Assembly (NCBI GenBank): GCA_964462595.1
Contig: CAYWXM010000058.1
Coordinates: 90 to 64,089 of the forward strand
DNA length: 64,000 nt
Origin: an uncultured Actinomycetota bacterium
Lineage (GTDB): Bacteria; Actinomycetota; Geothermincolia; Geothermincolales; RBG-13-55-18
Direction of reading: 5' to 3'
The notes beneath the pieces are model-generated. The model was given only the letters and a program-made list of their open reading frames with translations, did not search any database and had not been told where the DNA came from. Below, in pieces: positions 47,712 to 57,717 of this stretch (its first letter is position 1; the number at the start of each line of letters is the position of its first letter). A program made the position numbers and the translations under genes.

Positions 47712-48275
47712 ATGGCATTGACCTATGGGACAGATGAGTGGAACCAGGCCTACGACGCGCTGGTGAAGGAGAGGGTTGAGAGCCAGTCCAAGCCCTTTGT
47801 CATGGGCACCCCGGAGTGGGTACAGCAGTACCAGGAGCTGATCCAGAACGACGCCGAGTACAAGGAGGCGGCCAAGACCTGGGAGGGCTCGGTGGTCATC
47901 AAGATCCTGGCCAAGCCGGATATCGGTTTGGAGAAGGACCTGTACATGTTCATGGACCTCTGGCATGGCGACTGCAATTTCGTGCGCATCGTGCCCGCGG
48001 AGGTCGGGGAGGCCGGGGATTTCGTCATAACCGGGGAGTACGAACGCTGGAAGTCGGTTATGGCCAAGGAGCTCGACACCGTAAAGGGCATGATGCAGGG
48101 CAAGCTCAAGCTCAAGGGCGACCTGCCCACTATCGTGCGTGCAGTGAAGGCGGCTTCGCGCCTGGTGGACCTATCCGCCACCTCCGAGCCGAAGTTTCCC
48201 GACGAACTGGATGCAGCGGGAATCGAGGATCTGCGCGCGTTGCTCAAAAGGGCCGAGGACGAGCTGGGGATCTAA
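47712..48275 (+). CDS. SCP2 sterol/lipid-binding domain protein
   Basis: DLWHGDC, DFVITG.Y..W, MMQGKLKLKGDL. Confidence 0.88.
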   Translation: MALTYGTDEWNQAYDALVKERVESQSKPFVMGTPEWVQQYQELIQNDAEYKEAAKTWEGSVVIKILAKPDIGLEKDLYMFMDLWHGDCNFVRIVPAEVGEAGDFVITGEYERWKSVMAKELDTVKGMMQGKLKLKGDLPTIVRAVKAASRLVDLSATSEPKFPDELDAAGIEDLRALLKRAEDELGI

Positions 48276-48423
48276 GGTATTTATCGTAGAGTCTATTACG
48301 GTTCCCGGGCATACCGCCCGGGAACCCTGAAAAACAGCCGCCGGCGTCGCGATATCGCCGGCGCGGTTTACATCACTAAAGCCCGGGGCGAACGGGCCAC
48401 GGGCATAAACCGAGGAGGTTTTC

Positions 48424-49587
48424 ATGGCCTACGACAAGGATCTTTCTTTCATCTATAAAAACTACACCAGGCTCGTGTTCGGGATAGACTCCCTCAGGGA
48501 TCTGGGCGCGGAGGTGAATCAGCTCAATTGCTCCAAGGCATTCGTGGTAACTGACAAAGGCCTAGTGGAAGCGGGCCTGGCCGAGAAGGTCGAGAAGGCG
48601 CTCGGGAAGAGATACGTGGGCACCTTTGACGGTGTGCCGCAGGATTCGGGATATCATATAGTCAATGAGGCGGCTCAGATCGCCCGCGACAAGGGTGCCG
48701 ACTGCCTGGTGAGCGTGGGCGGAGGAAGTGTAATCGACACCGCCAAGGGCATGGCGATCATCGTCTCTGAGGGCGGCAACCTGCAGGATTACCAGGGATT
48801 TCAGATGCTCACTCATCCCATAACCCCACACGTAGTCATCCCGACCACCGCCGGGACGGGAAGCGAGGTGACCTACGCCTTCGTCATCAAGGACTGGGAG
48901 AAGAACCAGAAACTGCTTTACGGAGACGATTACCTCCTGCCCAATACCGCCATCCTCGACCCGGTGATGACCCAGAGCATGCCTCCCATGGTCACGGCGG
49001 GAACCGGGATGGACGCCCTCACCCACGCCATCGAGGCCATCCACGCCCTGCAGTCGGAGCCCATATCCGACACCCTGGCTTTCGGGGCCATCCGGATGAT
49101 CGTTAACAACCTTCCCATCTGCGTGGAAAACGGCGACGACCTGGTGGCGCGGGGGCAGCAGCAGATAGCGGCCACCATGGCTGGCATAGCTTTCTCCAAC
49201 GCGCAGGTGGGGCTGGTGCACGCCATGGCTCACAGCGTCGGCGCACTTTTCAAGGTGCCGCACGGCATCGCCAACTCTATACTCCTGCCCCACGTGATGA
49301 TGTACAACATGGACGAGGCCGCCGACTGCTACGCGCTGGTGGCCGAGGCCATGGGCGTCAAGGAAAAGGGCATGAGCGACGAGGAGGCTGGCGGAGCGGC
49401 CGTCGACGCGGTGTTCGAGCTGACCAAGAGGCTTGGCGTACCACAATCGCTGCGTGAAGTCGGGGTCGAGGAAGAGGGCCTGGCGGAGGCCTCCGAGTTG
49501 GCCCTGTCCGACGGATCGATAGTCTACAACCCCAAGATGGTCTTCGAGGCCGACGAGGTGATTAGCGTCTACAAAAAGGCTTTCTAG
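48424..49587 (+). CDS. Iron-containing alcohol dehydrogenase
   Basis: GGGSVIDTAK, PTTAGTGSE, DALTHAIE, HAMAH, PHG. Confidence 0.95.
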   Translation: MAYDKDLSFIYKNYTRLVFGIDSLRDLGAEVNQLNCSKAFVVTDKGLVEAGLAEKVEKALGKRYVGTFDGVPQDSGYHIVNEAAQIARDKGADCLVSVGGGSVIDTAKGMAIIVSEGGNLQDYQGFQMLTHPITPHVVIPTTAGTGSEVTYAFVIKDWEKNQKLLYGDDYLLPNTAILDPVMTQSMPPMVTAGTGMDALTHAIEAIHALQSEPISDTLAFGAIRMIVNNLPICVENGDDLVARGQQQIAATMAGIAFSNAQVGLVHAMAHSVGALFKVPHGIANSILLPHVMMYNMDEAADCYALVAEAMGVKEKGMSDEEAGGAAVDAVFELTKRLGVPQSLREVGVEEEGLAEASELALSDGSIVYNPKMVFEADEVISVYKKAF

Positions 49588-49641
49588 GTTTCTGAAGATA
49601 TCGCTGCACGAACCTTGTCAACAGGTTTTAAGGAGGTACGC

Positions 49642-50058
49642 ATGGTGGATGTGAAACTGGCGCCCGGAGCCGACGAGGTGGCCATGGCGGTCATGCTCTC
49701 GGACATGCTCAAGGCCAACCTGGAGAAGCCGGAGAAGCTGAAGGACTTCAACAAGCTCAAGGCCCGCGTGTACATCAACGCCAAGGATGCCGAAACTGAG
49801 ATGACCATGGTCTTCGACCGGGGAAGCCTCACCGTTTACGGCGGCAAGGAAGGGAGCCCGGACATCTCCATCATCACCGATGCCGCTACTCTGCTCGACC
49901 TGGCCAACATAAACATCAAGTACGGCATGCCCTGGTATTTCGACGAGACGGGCATGGCGGTGGTGAGGAAACTGCTCAAACGTGAGCTTCAGATAAAGGG
50001 CATGTTCAGCCACTACTTCGCGCTCAACAGGCTCACCAAGATCATGTCCCTGAACTGA
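49642..50058 (+). CDS. SCP2-like hypothetical protein
   Basis: RBS AAGGAGG; beta-rich segment then PDISI..D and LLKRELQIKG, resembling the SCP2 fold. Confidence 0.65.
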   Translation: MVDVKLAPGADEVAMAVMLSDMLKANLEKPEKLKDFNKLKARVYINAKDAETEMTMVFDRGSLTVYGGKEGSPDISIITDAATLLDLANINIKYGMPWYFDETGMAVVRKLLKRELQIKGMFSHYFALNRLTKIMSLN

Positions 50059-50173
50059 AAACAGAAAAACGCGCCGGCGGCAACGGGAAAGTGGGAGGAA
50101 AACCGGTGTAAGGCAGCGGGGGTTGTGGGAGTCTCCGCTGACCATGCGCCGCACGCAGAACGGGGTGATAACT

Positions 50174-52036
50174 GTGGTTTACGGCAATATGGGCAAGACG
50201 CTGGAGGTGGACCTCACCTCCGGGACGACTTCCGAGATCGAACTGGACGAGGCGGTATACCGCGACTATATCGGCGGTACCGGATTGGCGGCAAAGCTGC
50301 TCTTCGACCGCGGCAACCTGGATGCGGGTGCCCTCGACCCCGACAACCTGCTCATCTTCGCCACCGGGCCCCTCACAGGCATAGGCTTTTCCGGTTCCAG
50401 CCGCCTCTCGGTGGGGTCGCGCTCGCCCCTCACCGGCATATGGGGGCAGGCGTCCTGCGGCGGTAATTTCGGGCCGGAGCTGAAGAGATGCGGGTACGAC
50501 GCCGTCATCTTCAAGGGCAAGGCGGAAGGGCCTGTTTTCCTGCTCCTGGGCAGCGATTCCGCCGACATACTGCCCGCCGACGACCTGTGGGGCATGGATG
50601 CCTACGAGACCACCGACATCCTCAAGGAGCGGTACGGCAAGCAGGGCAAGGTGCTGGCTATCGGTCCGGCCTGCGAGAACCTCATCCCCTACGGGGCGAT
50701 CGTCAACGATTACGGTCATATTTTCGGGCGCTCCGGTATGGGCACTGTAATGGGCTCCAAGAACCTCAAAGCCATCGTGGCTCAGGGGGACAATAAGCCC
50801 GAGTACGCCGATCCAGGCAAGGTCAAGGCCATGCAGGAAGAGCACCGCGAGCAGGTAAAGGAAAACATCCTCTGCGGGGCCCTCTCCGCCTTCGGCACCG
50901 GCGCCAACATGGAGGCCAAGATGTTCGAGGGCGACGTCCCCACCCGCAACTGGGGGCAGGGCCTGTGGGAGGAGGGCGCGGAGAAGCTCTCCGGCATCGC
51001 CATGGCGGACAACTTCGTAGTGGACCACGAGAGCTGCCGCGGTTGCGCCGTCAGGTGCAAGCCGGTGGTGGAGGTAAAAGAGGGCCCTTACGCCATGCCC
51101 ACAGGCCCCGGTCCCGAGTACGAGACCCAGGGCGCCTTCGGAACCCTGCTCATGAATGACGACCTTGCCGCGGTATGCAAGATAAACGACTTCTGCAACC
51201 GCGCAGGCATGGACACCATCACCTGCGGGTCCACATTCGCCTGGGCCATGGACTGCTTCGAGCAGGGCATACTCAAAGCAGAGGATTATGACGGAGTCAA
51301 GCTGGAGTGGGGCGACATAGACACCGTCATCGAGCTGCTGCCCAGCATCGTAGCCAAGGAAGGCAAGCTGGCGCAGCTGCTGGCCAAGGGCTCGCGGGCC
51401 GCCGCCGAGGAGGTAGGGAACGGCGCCGAGGCCTTCCTGTCCGACTCCAAGGGGCTGGAGGCGCCCATGCACGACCCCCGCTGCAACTGGGGAGACGGCC
51501 TGGCCTACGCCGTCTCCATACGCGGCGCCTGCCATGTCTCGAACCTCACCTACCTCCTGGAATGGGGGGCTTTCGAATATCCCGAGATAGGCCTGGATAA
51601 GAACTACCAGAACCAGTCCGCCGAGTTCAAAGCGGAGGCGGCGGCGCTCACCGCGGACATCGGGTGCATCATGAACTCCGCCTGCTGGTGCGAGTTCCCC
51701 GGCACAACATTTACCGTGACGCAATGGGCTGAGCTGTTCAATGCTGTGTCGGGATATGGCTGGGACGTGGACAAGCTCATGGAGGCTGGGGCGCGCGTAT
51801 GGTTTCTGCAGCGCTGCCTGGGACACATCTGGGGCGCGACGGGGGTCGACGACCGCATCGGCGAGAAGATCATGACCCCGGTGGAAGACGGGGGCATAGC
51901 GGGCTCGGTGCCGGACATGAGCACCATGCTGAGCGAGTTCTACGAGTACCGGGGCATGAAGCCCGACGGCCTTCCCGCCCGGGAGACACTGGAGAAATAC
52001 GGCCTGGGTGACGTGGCCGACCGCATGGACATTTGA
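50174..52036 (+). CDS. aor: Tungsten-dependent aldehyde:ferredoxin oxidoreductase
   Basis: YGNMGK.LEVDL, SPLTG, GRSGMG.VMGSKNLK, CRGCAVRC, EYET, KGLEAPMHDPR. Confidence 0.92.
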   Translation: MVYGNMGKTLEVDLTSGTTSEIELDEAVYRDYIGGTGLAAKLLFDRGNLDAGALDPDNLLIFATGPLTGIGFSGSSRLSVGSRSPLTGIWGQASCGGNFGPELKRCGYDAVIFKGKAEGPVFLLLGSDSADILPADDLWGMDAYETTDILKERYGKQGKVLAIGPACENLIPYGAIVNDYGHIFGRSGMGTVMGSKNLKAIVAQGDNKPEYADPGKVKAMQEEHREQVKENILCGALSAFGTGANMEAKMFEGDVPTRNWGQGLWEEGAEKLSGIAMADNFVVDHESCRGCAVRCKPVVEVKEGPYAMPTGPGPEYETQGAFGTLLMNDDLAAVCKINDFCNRAGMDTITCGSTFAWAMDCFEQGILKAEDYDGVKLEWGDIDTVIELLPSIVAKEGKLAQLLAKGSRAAAEEVGNGAEAFLSDSKGLEAPMHDPRCNWGDGLAYAVSIRGACHVSNLTYLLEWGAFEYPEIGLDKNYQNQSAEFKAEAAALTADIGCIMNSACWCEFPGTTFTVTQWAELFNAVSGYGWDVDKLMEAGARVWFLQRCLGHIWGATGVDDRIGEKIMTPVEDGGIAGSVPDMSTMLSEFYEYRGMKPDGLPARETLEKYGLGDVADRMDI

Positions 52037-52045
52037 TCACAATAC

Positions 52046-52086
52046 CGAATAGGGGGGCGGGCGTTCTCCGCCCGCCCCCCTATTCG
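52046..52086. terminator. Perfect 18-bp stem terminator
   Basis: CGAATAGGGGGGCGGGCG-ttctc-CGCCCGCCCCCCTATTCG. Confidence 0.8.
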
Positions 52087-52259
52087 CCGATACTTACCAC
52101 CTAACGCAACCGATCCATAAGAGGAAAATACCGCATCCCCACTTTCCGTGGCCAGCGACGCGCATGCGCTGCGGGCCAGTATTTATCCTGGCTCCGGTCG
52201 CCATTACCTGCCGCACGGGCCTCGATACATGAAACGTGTCCCGGATCGGACATTGGGTG

Positions 52260-52304
52260 GTGACGCGCAACTGTAAAAGTAATAGAATGTTAACGCTTGC
52301 TTAA
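52260..52304 (+). promoter_or_regulatory. Promoter with TetR-type operator upstream of the DUF35/thiolase operon
   Basis: GTGACG-N17-TAGAAT followed by TTAACGCTTGCTTAA. Confidence 0.45.
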
Positions 52305-52496
52305 TACAGTGTTCCGAATCGGCATATAAGGTGTTCCTATTACATTCGACGACAGTCAAATATCGATCCCATCGTGGGTTTTTACGCGGGCGAACGAGTC
52401 CCGGAGGGATTTTCGGCCCACTCGAGGAGGTGGTGGATGAGAACGGCTCAAACGTACTTGAATGGCAGCACGGCTATGTTAAGGGAGGTGAGGTAG

Positions 52497-52961
52497 TTGC
52501 CTGATTGGAAAGATGACGTAAGCTTGATGGTCGACGAAGGCAAGATAAGCGTTCCCTATTCCTGGACGGTAGGGAGCACTTTGAGCCGGTTCTACTGCGA
52601 GCTGCGGGACACCGGAAAGATATGGGCAAACCGCTGCCCCAAATGCGGAAAGGTCTTCGTACCCCCGAAAATAAAGTGCACCGAATGTTACGAGGATCTG
52701 AACGACTGGGTGGAATTGCCGGGCACGGGAACGATCGAGACTTTCACTATCGTGCGCTACGAGGAGCCTGTTCTCCATCCCCGCAAGGTACCTTTCGTTT
52801 ACGGCGTTATCAAGATGGACGGGGCAGACACCGGCCTGGTCCATTTCATAGGCGACGTGGACCCGGAAAAAGTCAAGGTCGGCATGCGAGTGGAAGCTGT
52901 TATAGAGGACGAGCGCGAAGGCAACATCCTCGATATAAAGCACTTCCGTCCCATAGAATAG
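52497..52961 (+). CDS. DUF35/ChsH2-type Zn-ribbon OB-fold protein
   Basis: CPKCG...PP..C..C, GTIETFT, DGADT.LVH, VGMRV. Confidence 0.9.
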   Translation: MPDWKDDVSLMVDEGKISVPYSWTVGSTLSRFYCELRDTGKIWANRCPKCGKVFVPPKIKCTECYEDLNDWVELPGTGTIETFTIVRYEEPVLHPRKVPFVYGVIKMDGADTGLVHFIGDVDPEKVKVGMRVEAVIEDEREGNILDIKHFRPIE

Positions 52962-52979
52962 GGAAGCGGGGTGAACAAC

Positions 52980-54122
52980 ATGGAAAAAGTAGCGATTATC
53001 GGCGTAGGCCAGACCAAGCACGACCGCAACAGCCCCCTTACCTTCGCCGAGATGGTATTCGAGGCCACCACCAAGGCGCTTGAGGACGCGGGGATATCCA
53101 AAGACGACGTGGACAACGTGGTCTCTTCGTGCAGCGATTTCTGGGATGGACGCACCATCTCCTGCATGGCCATACCCGACGCCGCCAACGGCTACGGCAA
53201 GGATATAACCTCGGTCGAGGGCGATGGGACTTTTGCGGCCATGTACGGCATGATGCGCGTGCTGTCCGGGGCTTTCGGGGTGACCATCGTATGCTCGCAC
53301 CACAAAGGCACGGAGAGCAGCATGAACGGCATCACCAACTGCTCTTTCGACCCCCTGGTGGAGAGAAGGCTGGGGCTTGACGCCATATCATCCGCGGCCC
53401 TGCAGGCTCGCAGGTACATGTCCAAGTACGGCCTCAAGGAAGAGCAGTTCGCACAGGTATCGGTTAAGAACCACGGCAACGCCATGCGCAACCCGCTTGC
53501 CCTCCTACCCATGGAGATAACCGTCGAGGACGTCATGAACTCGCGCAAGGTGGCGGACCCCCTCAAGGTGCTCGACTGCTCCCCGGTAACCGACGGCGCC
53601 TGCACCCTGGTCCTGGCCGCGGAAAGGGAGGCCAAGAAACTGACCACCCGCAGCAAGAGGGTGTGGATGAAGGGCGTGGGCCACTGCTCCGACGCCTTCC
53701 GCCTCGGTGACCGCGACCTGGCCGATACCCGCGCCCTCAGCAAGGCGGCCAAGCACGCCTACGACATGGCCGGCATCGACGACCCCTTGAAAGAGATCGA
53801 CTTCGCCGAGGTCTACGACGCTTTCTCCTACATGGAGCCTCTGTGGCTTGAGGGGCTGGGCCTGAGCGAAGAGGGCATGGCCTGTGAATACCTCGAGCGC
53901 GGCTGGTACAACGCGGACGGCAGGCTGCCGGTGAACGTCTCCGGCGGGCGCCTGAGCTCCAACCCCGTGTTCGTAGCCGGCCTCGCCTCGATGGCCGAGT
54001 GCGTACTGCAGCTGCGGGGAGAGGCGGGAGACCGCCAGCTCGACGGGGTCGAGACGGCCCTCGCCCACGGCATCAACGGCATGTGCGGGCAGTCCCATTG
54101 TGTCTGGGTCCTGGGGAAATAA
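52980..54122 (+). CDS. Thiolase-fold protein, Ltp4-like (no nucleophilic Cys)
   Basis: SDFWDGR, SVEGDG in place of VEAACAS, EVYD, NVSGG. Confidence 0.8.
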   Translation: MEKVAIIGVGQTKHDRNSPLTFAEMVFEATTKALEDAGISKDDVDNVVSSCSDFWDGRTISCMAIPDAANGYGKDITSVEGDGTFAAMYGMMRVLSGAFGVTIVCSHHKGTESSMNGITNCSFDPLVERRLGLDAISSAALQARRYMSKYGLKEEQFAQVSVKNHGNAMRNPLALLPMEITVEDVMNSRKVADPLKVLDCSPVTDGACTLVLAAEREAKKLTTRSKRVWMKGVGHCSDAFRLGDRDLADTRALSKAAKHAYDMAGIDDPLKEIDFAEVYDAFSYMEPLWLEGLGLSEEGMACEYLERGWYNADGRLPVNVSGGRLSSNPVFVAGLASMAECVLQLRGEAGDRQLDGVETALAHGINGMCGQSHCVWVLGK

Positions 54123-54136
54123 GGAGGTGACGTGAA

Positions 54137-55291
54137 ATGGGTAAACGAGTAGGAATCATCGGAGTAGGCCAGACCCACCACGCCGCCAAGCGCCTGGACG
54201 TCTCCGGCGTGGAGCTCATAGCCGAGGCGGTAACCAGGGCCCTGGACGACGCCCAGCTTACCATGGCCGATATCGACGCCGTGGTCGTTGGAAACATGGA
54301 CCACTTCGAGAACATCAACTACGTCGATACCTGGGCCGTCGACGGCTTGGGGGCATGCATGAAGCCGGTGTTCAAGGTGACCACGGGCGGCACCACCGGG
54401 ACCACCGTAGGCGCCTGCGGCTACTACCACGCGGCCAGCGGGCTCTACGACGTCGTGCTCGCCGTCGGCTGGGAGAAGAACTCGGAGTCGGACACCCAGG
54501 CGGCCATCGCCACCTGCGCCAACCCGACCCTGGAGAGGGACCCCTTCGCCGGGGCCATCGGACCCCTGGCCACCGAGTACTCCATGTACATGAAGGCTTA
54601 CGGGGCCACGGAGGAAGACTCGGCCATCGTGGCGGCACGCGACCGCAACAACGCCCTCAGGAACCCCTTCGCGCACTCGCGGCAGGCGGTTACCGTAGAG
54701 GACGTGCTCAACTCGCCCATGCTCTCCTACCCGGTGAAGTTCCTGGACATGTGCCCCCGTTCCGACGGCGCATGCGCGGTGATCTTCGCCTCGGAGGAAA
54801 AGGCGAAGAAACTCTGCCCCAGGCCGGCATGGATACACACCTCAGTGGTGCGCCACGATTACTGCCACTTCGGGGACCTGGAATGGAAGTTCATGCCCAC
54901 CCTGGAGCGGGCCTCGGCCAAGGCCTATAAGCTGGCCGGCATCACGGACCCGCTGAATGATTTCGACGTGGCGGAGCTATACCTGCCCTGCTCGACCTGC
55001 GGGGTAAAGTGGATGGACTCCCTGTGGTTCTGCGAGCACGGGGGCGCTCCCGCCCTCATCCGCAAGGGCACCTTCAACATGGACGGGCAGCTTCCCATCA
55101 ACCCCTCCGGCGGGGTCATCTCCTGTAACCCTATCGGCGCCACCGCCCTCATCCGCGTGGGTGAGGCGGCATGGCAGGTGATGGGCAAGGCGGGAGAGCG
55201 CCAGGTCGAAGGCGTCAAGAAAGCCCTGTGCACCGGGTTCGGCGGCTGCAGCTGGACGGGCCTGATGATACTGGGCTCGGAACTGCCCTAG
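54137..55291 (+). CDS. Thiolase-fold protein, Ltp3-like (no nucleophilic Cys)
   Basis: KPVFKVTTGGTTG, AVGWEKNSES, CPRSDGACA, NPSGGV...NPIGAT. Confidence 0.8.
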   Translation: MGKRVGIIGVGQTHHAAKRLDVSGVELIAEAVTRALDDAQLTMADIDAVVVGNMDHFENINYVDTWAVDGLGACMKPVFKVTTGGTTGTTVGACGYYHAASGLYDVVLAVGWEKNSESDTQAAIATCANPTLERDPFAGAIGPLATEYSMYMKAYGATEEDSAIVAARDRNNALRNPFAHSRQAVTVEDVLNSPMLSYPVKFLDMCPRSDGACAVIFASEEKAKKLCPRPAWIHTSVVRHDYCHFGDLEWKFMPTLERASAKAYKLAGITDPLNDFDVAELYLPCSTCGVKWMDSLWFCEHGGAPALIRKGTFNMDGQLPINPSGGVISCNPIGATALIRVGEAAWQVMGKAGERQVEGVKKALCTGFGGCSWTGLMILGSELP

Positions 55292-55311
55292 GCGTGGAGG
55301 AGGTGACATCC

Positions 55312-55818
55312 ATGGGATTATACGAAGATAAACGCAAGAGGACGCACACACCGGAGGGCTACGAGCTCCTCACCCACGAGTCCGGACACCTGGAATACGA
55401 CTTCCACTGGCACCTGGGCTACTACTGGAGCAAGTTCCTGTCCGAGCTGAGGGACAACCAGCGCTTCATGGGAGTGAAGTGCTCGGAATGCGGTACGGTC
55501 TACGTGCCCCCGCGCGTTAACTGCGGCAAATGCTTCAAGGAGTTGACCGAGTGGGTAGAGGTCGGTCCGGAAGGAGTGCTCGAGGGCTTCACCATCGTCC
55601 GCTTCCCCTACATCGACCCCAATGACGGCGGCATGAAGAAGGTGCCGTTTACCTCTATCTGGGTGACCCTGGACGGGGCGGACACCCGCATGATGCATTT
55701 CTGCAACGAGACCGACGAGAAGGACCTCGATGTGGGCATGCGCATGCGGCCGATCTGGAACGATGAGCGCGTGGGCAGCATCCACGACGTGAAGTACTTC
55801 GAGGTGATCAAGGACTAG
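55312..55818 (+). CDS. Second DUF35/ChsH2-type Zn-ribbon OB-fold protein
   Basis: CSECG.VYVPPR..C..C, LDGADT, VGMRM, GSIHDVKYF. Confidence 0.9.
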   Translation: MGLYEDKRKRTHTPEGYELLTHESGHLEYDFHWHLGYYWSKFLSELRDNQRFMGVKCSECGTVYVPPRVNCGKCFKELTEWVEVGPEGVLEGFTIVRFPYIDPNDGGMKKVPFTSIWVTLDGADTRMMHFCNETDEKDLDVGMRMRPIWNDERVGSIHDVKYFEVIKD

Positions 55819-55851
55819 AGAGTCCCGTATCTCCTGCCTGTAGCGTGAGAT

Positions 55852-55880
55852 AAAGGGGCCGAGGCGACTCGGCCCCTTTT
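55852..55880 (+). terminator. Rho-independent terminator
   Basis: AAAGGGGCCGAG-GCGA-CTCGGCCCCTTTT. Confidence 0.8.
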
Positions 55881-55953
55881 GCTCCTTTTCCCGTCCTCAT
55901 GTAAAGATAGAAAAGCCCGTGAATGCTTTGAGTCCGACCGGGGGGTGTTTCCC

Positions 55954-57513
55954 ATGTGGGATCTCGTCGACGAAGCGGCAGCCCGATATCCCGACAAGAC
56001 GGCCATCGTGCATAAAGACCGGCGCATAACGTACGGTGAATACCTGGGCGAGGTCGACCTGCTGGCGCGCGGCCTCATCGCCCTGGGCCTGGAACCGGGG
56101 CAGCGGGTGGGGCTTCTCATGCCCACGGTGCCCGAGCATGCCTTCGCCTTCCACGCGGTCATCAAGGCTGGGGGTGAAGCCGTGTTGCTCAACTCGAGGC
56201 TGCAGTCGCAGGAACTCGAGTACCTCCTCGACGATTCGCGGCCGGCCTTCCTCGTCATGAGCCCACGCTTCAGGGACACGGATTTCGCCGCCATGCTCGC
56301 GGAGCCCATACGGTTAAGGCCTTTTATCGGGGAGGTGGTGACCCTCGGCGATAGCGACCTCTTCCAGCACCACACCTGGGAAGAACTCAGGGAAAAGGGA
56401 GGGGGGGTCACGGAGGACGACCTGCGGAAAAGGCAGGAGGCGGTGGGCGACGAGCGCAGCGTGACCGTTATCTATACCTCGGGGACGACCGGGGTGCCCA
56501 AGGGGGCCATGATCAGCGCCCGGAACATAAAGTTCAACCTCGGCACGTGGTACAAGAGGCTGGACGTAGACGAAAACGACGTGGTGGGCGTGTTCTTTCC
56601 CCTCTTCCACTCCGCGGGCACCATAGGCGGGGTATCGGGCTGCGCCCACCTGAAGGCCACCATGGTGCTGGACGATTTCAGCCCCCCCGAAGTCCTGCGC
56701 TACATCCACGAGGAGGGCATAACCGTGCTGGGAGGCGTGGCGGCCATGGCCGCCATCCTCATGTTCACACCCGGCTTCGACGAATACGACCTCTCGTCCC
56801 TGCGCTTCCTGTTCATGGGCGCCGGCCCCTGCCCTCCCGAGATCCTGCGGGACGTGAAGGAAAAGATGGGGGCGGAAACGGTCATCGGCTACGGCCTGAC
56901 CGAATCCACCATGGGCAACGTGACCACCACCACGCTCGAGGACAGCGAGGATCATAAACTGAACACCATCGGCCTCCCGCTCCCCGGCATAGAGCTGCGT
57001 GTGGTAGACGAAAACCACCGCGAGGTCCCCAGGGGGGAGATCGGCGAGATCGCCATCAGGGGAAAGACGGTCTTCCTCGGCTACCTCAACCGCCCGGAGG
57101 AGACGGCAAGGGTCCTGGACGGCGAGGGTTGGCTCTACACCGGCGACCTGGCCTCCATGGACGAGGACGGCTACCTGCGCATGGCGGGCAGGAGCAAGGA
57201 GATGTACATCCGGGGCGGCGAGAACGTCTATCCCTGCGAGGTGGAGGAGGTAATCACCCGACACCCGCGGGTGATGCTCGCCGCGGTGATAGGAATCCCC
57301 CATCCCGTCTACGGCGAGGTGGGCCGCGCGTACGTCATGAGTCCCGGCGGCGGCGTGACCCAGGAGGAGATAAAGGCCTGGGTGGCGGAACGCCTCGCCG
57401 ATTACAAGGTCCCCGAGGAGGTCGTCATCCGCGACATGCTACCCCTCACCCCCGTGGGCAAGGTGCTGAAGAAGGACCTCCAGGAGGAGATACGCCAGGA
57501 AAAAGACCGTTAG
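55954..57513 (+). CDS. Class I adenylate-forming acyl-CoA synthetase
   Basis: YTSGTTGVPKG, GYGLTE, TGDL, RGGENVYP, GKV.K. Confidence 0.92.
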   Translation: MWDLVDEAAARYPDKTAIVHKDRRITYGEYLGEVDLLARGLIALGLEPGQRVGLLMPTVPEHAFAFHAVIKAGGEAVLLNSRLQSQELEYLLDDSRPAFLVMSPRFRDTDFAAMLAEPIRLRPFIGEVVTLGDSDLFQHHTWEELREKGGGVTEDDLRKRQEAVGDERSVTVIYTSGTTGVPKGAMISARNIKFNLGTWYKRLDVDENDVVGVFFPLFHSAGTIGGVSGCAHLKATMVLDDFSPPEVLRYIHEEGITVLGGVAAMAAILMFTPGFDEYDLSSLRFLFMGAGPCPPEILRDVKEKMGAETVIGYGLTESTMGNVTTTTLEDSEDHKLNTIGLPLPGIELRVVDENHREVPRGEIGEIAIRGKTVFLGYLNRPEETARVLDGEGWLYTGDLASMDEDGYLRMAGRSKEMYIRGGENVYPCEVEEVITRHPRVMLAAVIGIPHPVYGEVGRAYVMSPGGGVTQEEIKAWVAERLADYKVPEEVVIRDMLPLTPVGKVLKKDLQEEIRQEKDR

Positions 57514-57637
57514 TGTGGTCTTGTTTTTTGCATACCCGGGTATCCGGGGTATTGTTCTTACATATGCTCGCTTATATGCAGCATCTTTGTATTGTTAACA
57601 CATCTTGAAGTGTAAAAAACAAGACCCCTGTTAGTGT
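57509..57637. mobile_element. About 110-bp MITE-like element with 16-bp inverted ends and flanking 8-bp direct repeats
   Basis: GGTCTTGTTTTTTGCA (57517) / TGTAAAAAACAAGACC (57611); GTTAGTGT at 57509 and 57630. Confidence 0.6.
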
Positions 57638-57717
57638 TTGTTCGTGGGAGCGCTCTGCGCCCCCACTGATCTTGTTACTGCGCACGGGAGACCACGTATA
57701 CGAAGGAACTGCCATTT

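Noticed and set aside
50042-51826. Long antisense ORFs (e.g. 594 aa opposite aor, 511 aa opposite the S8 gene, 439 aa at 62606)
   Set aside because: Shadow ORFs of GC-rich codon usage with no recognisable motifs.
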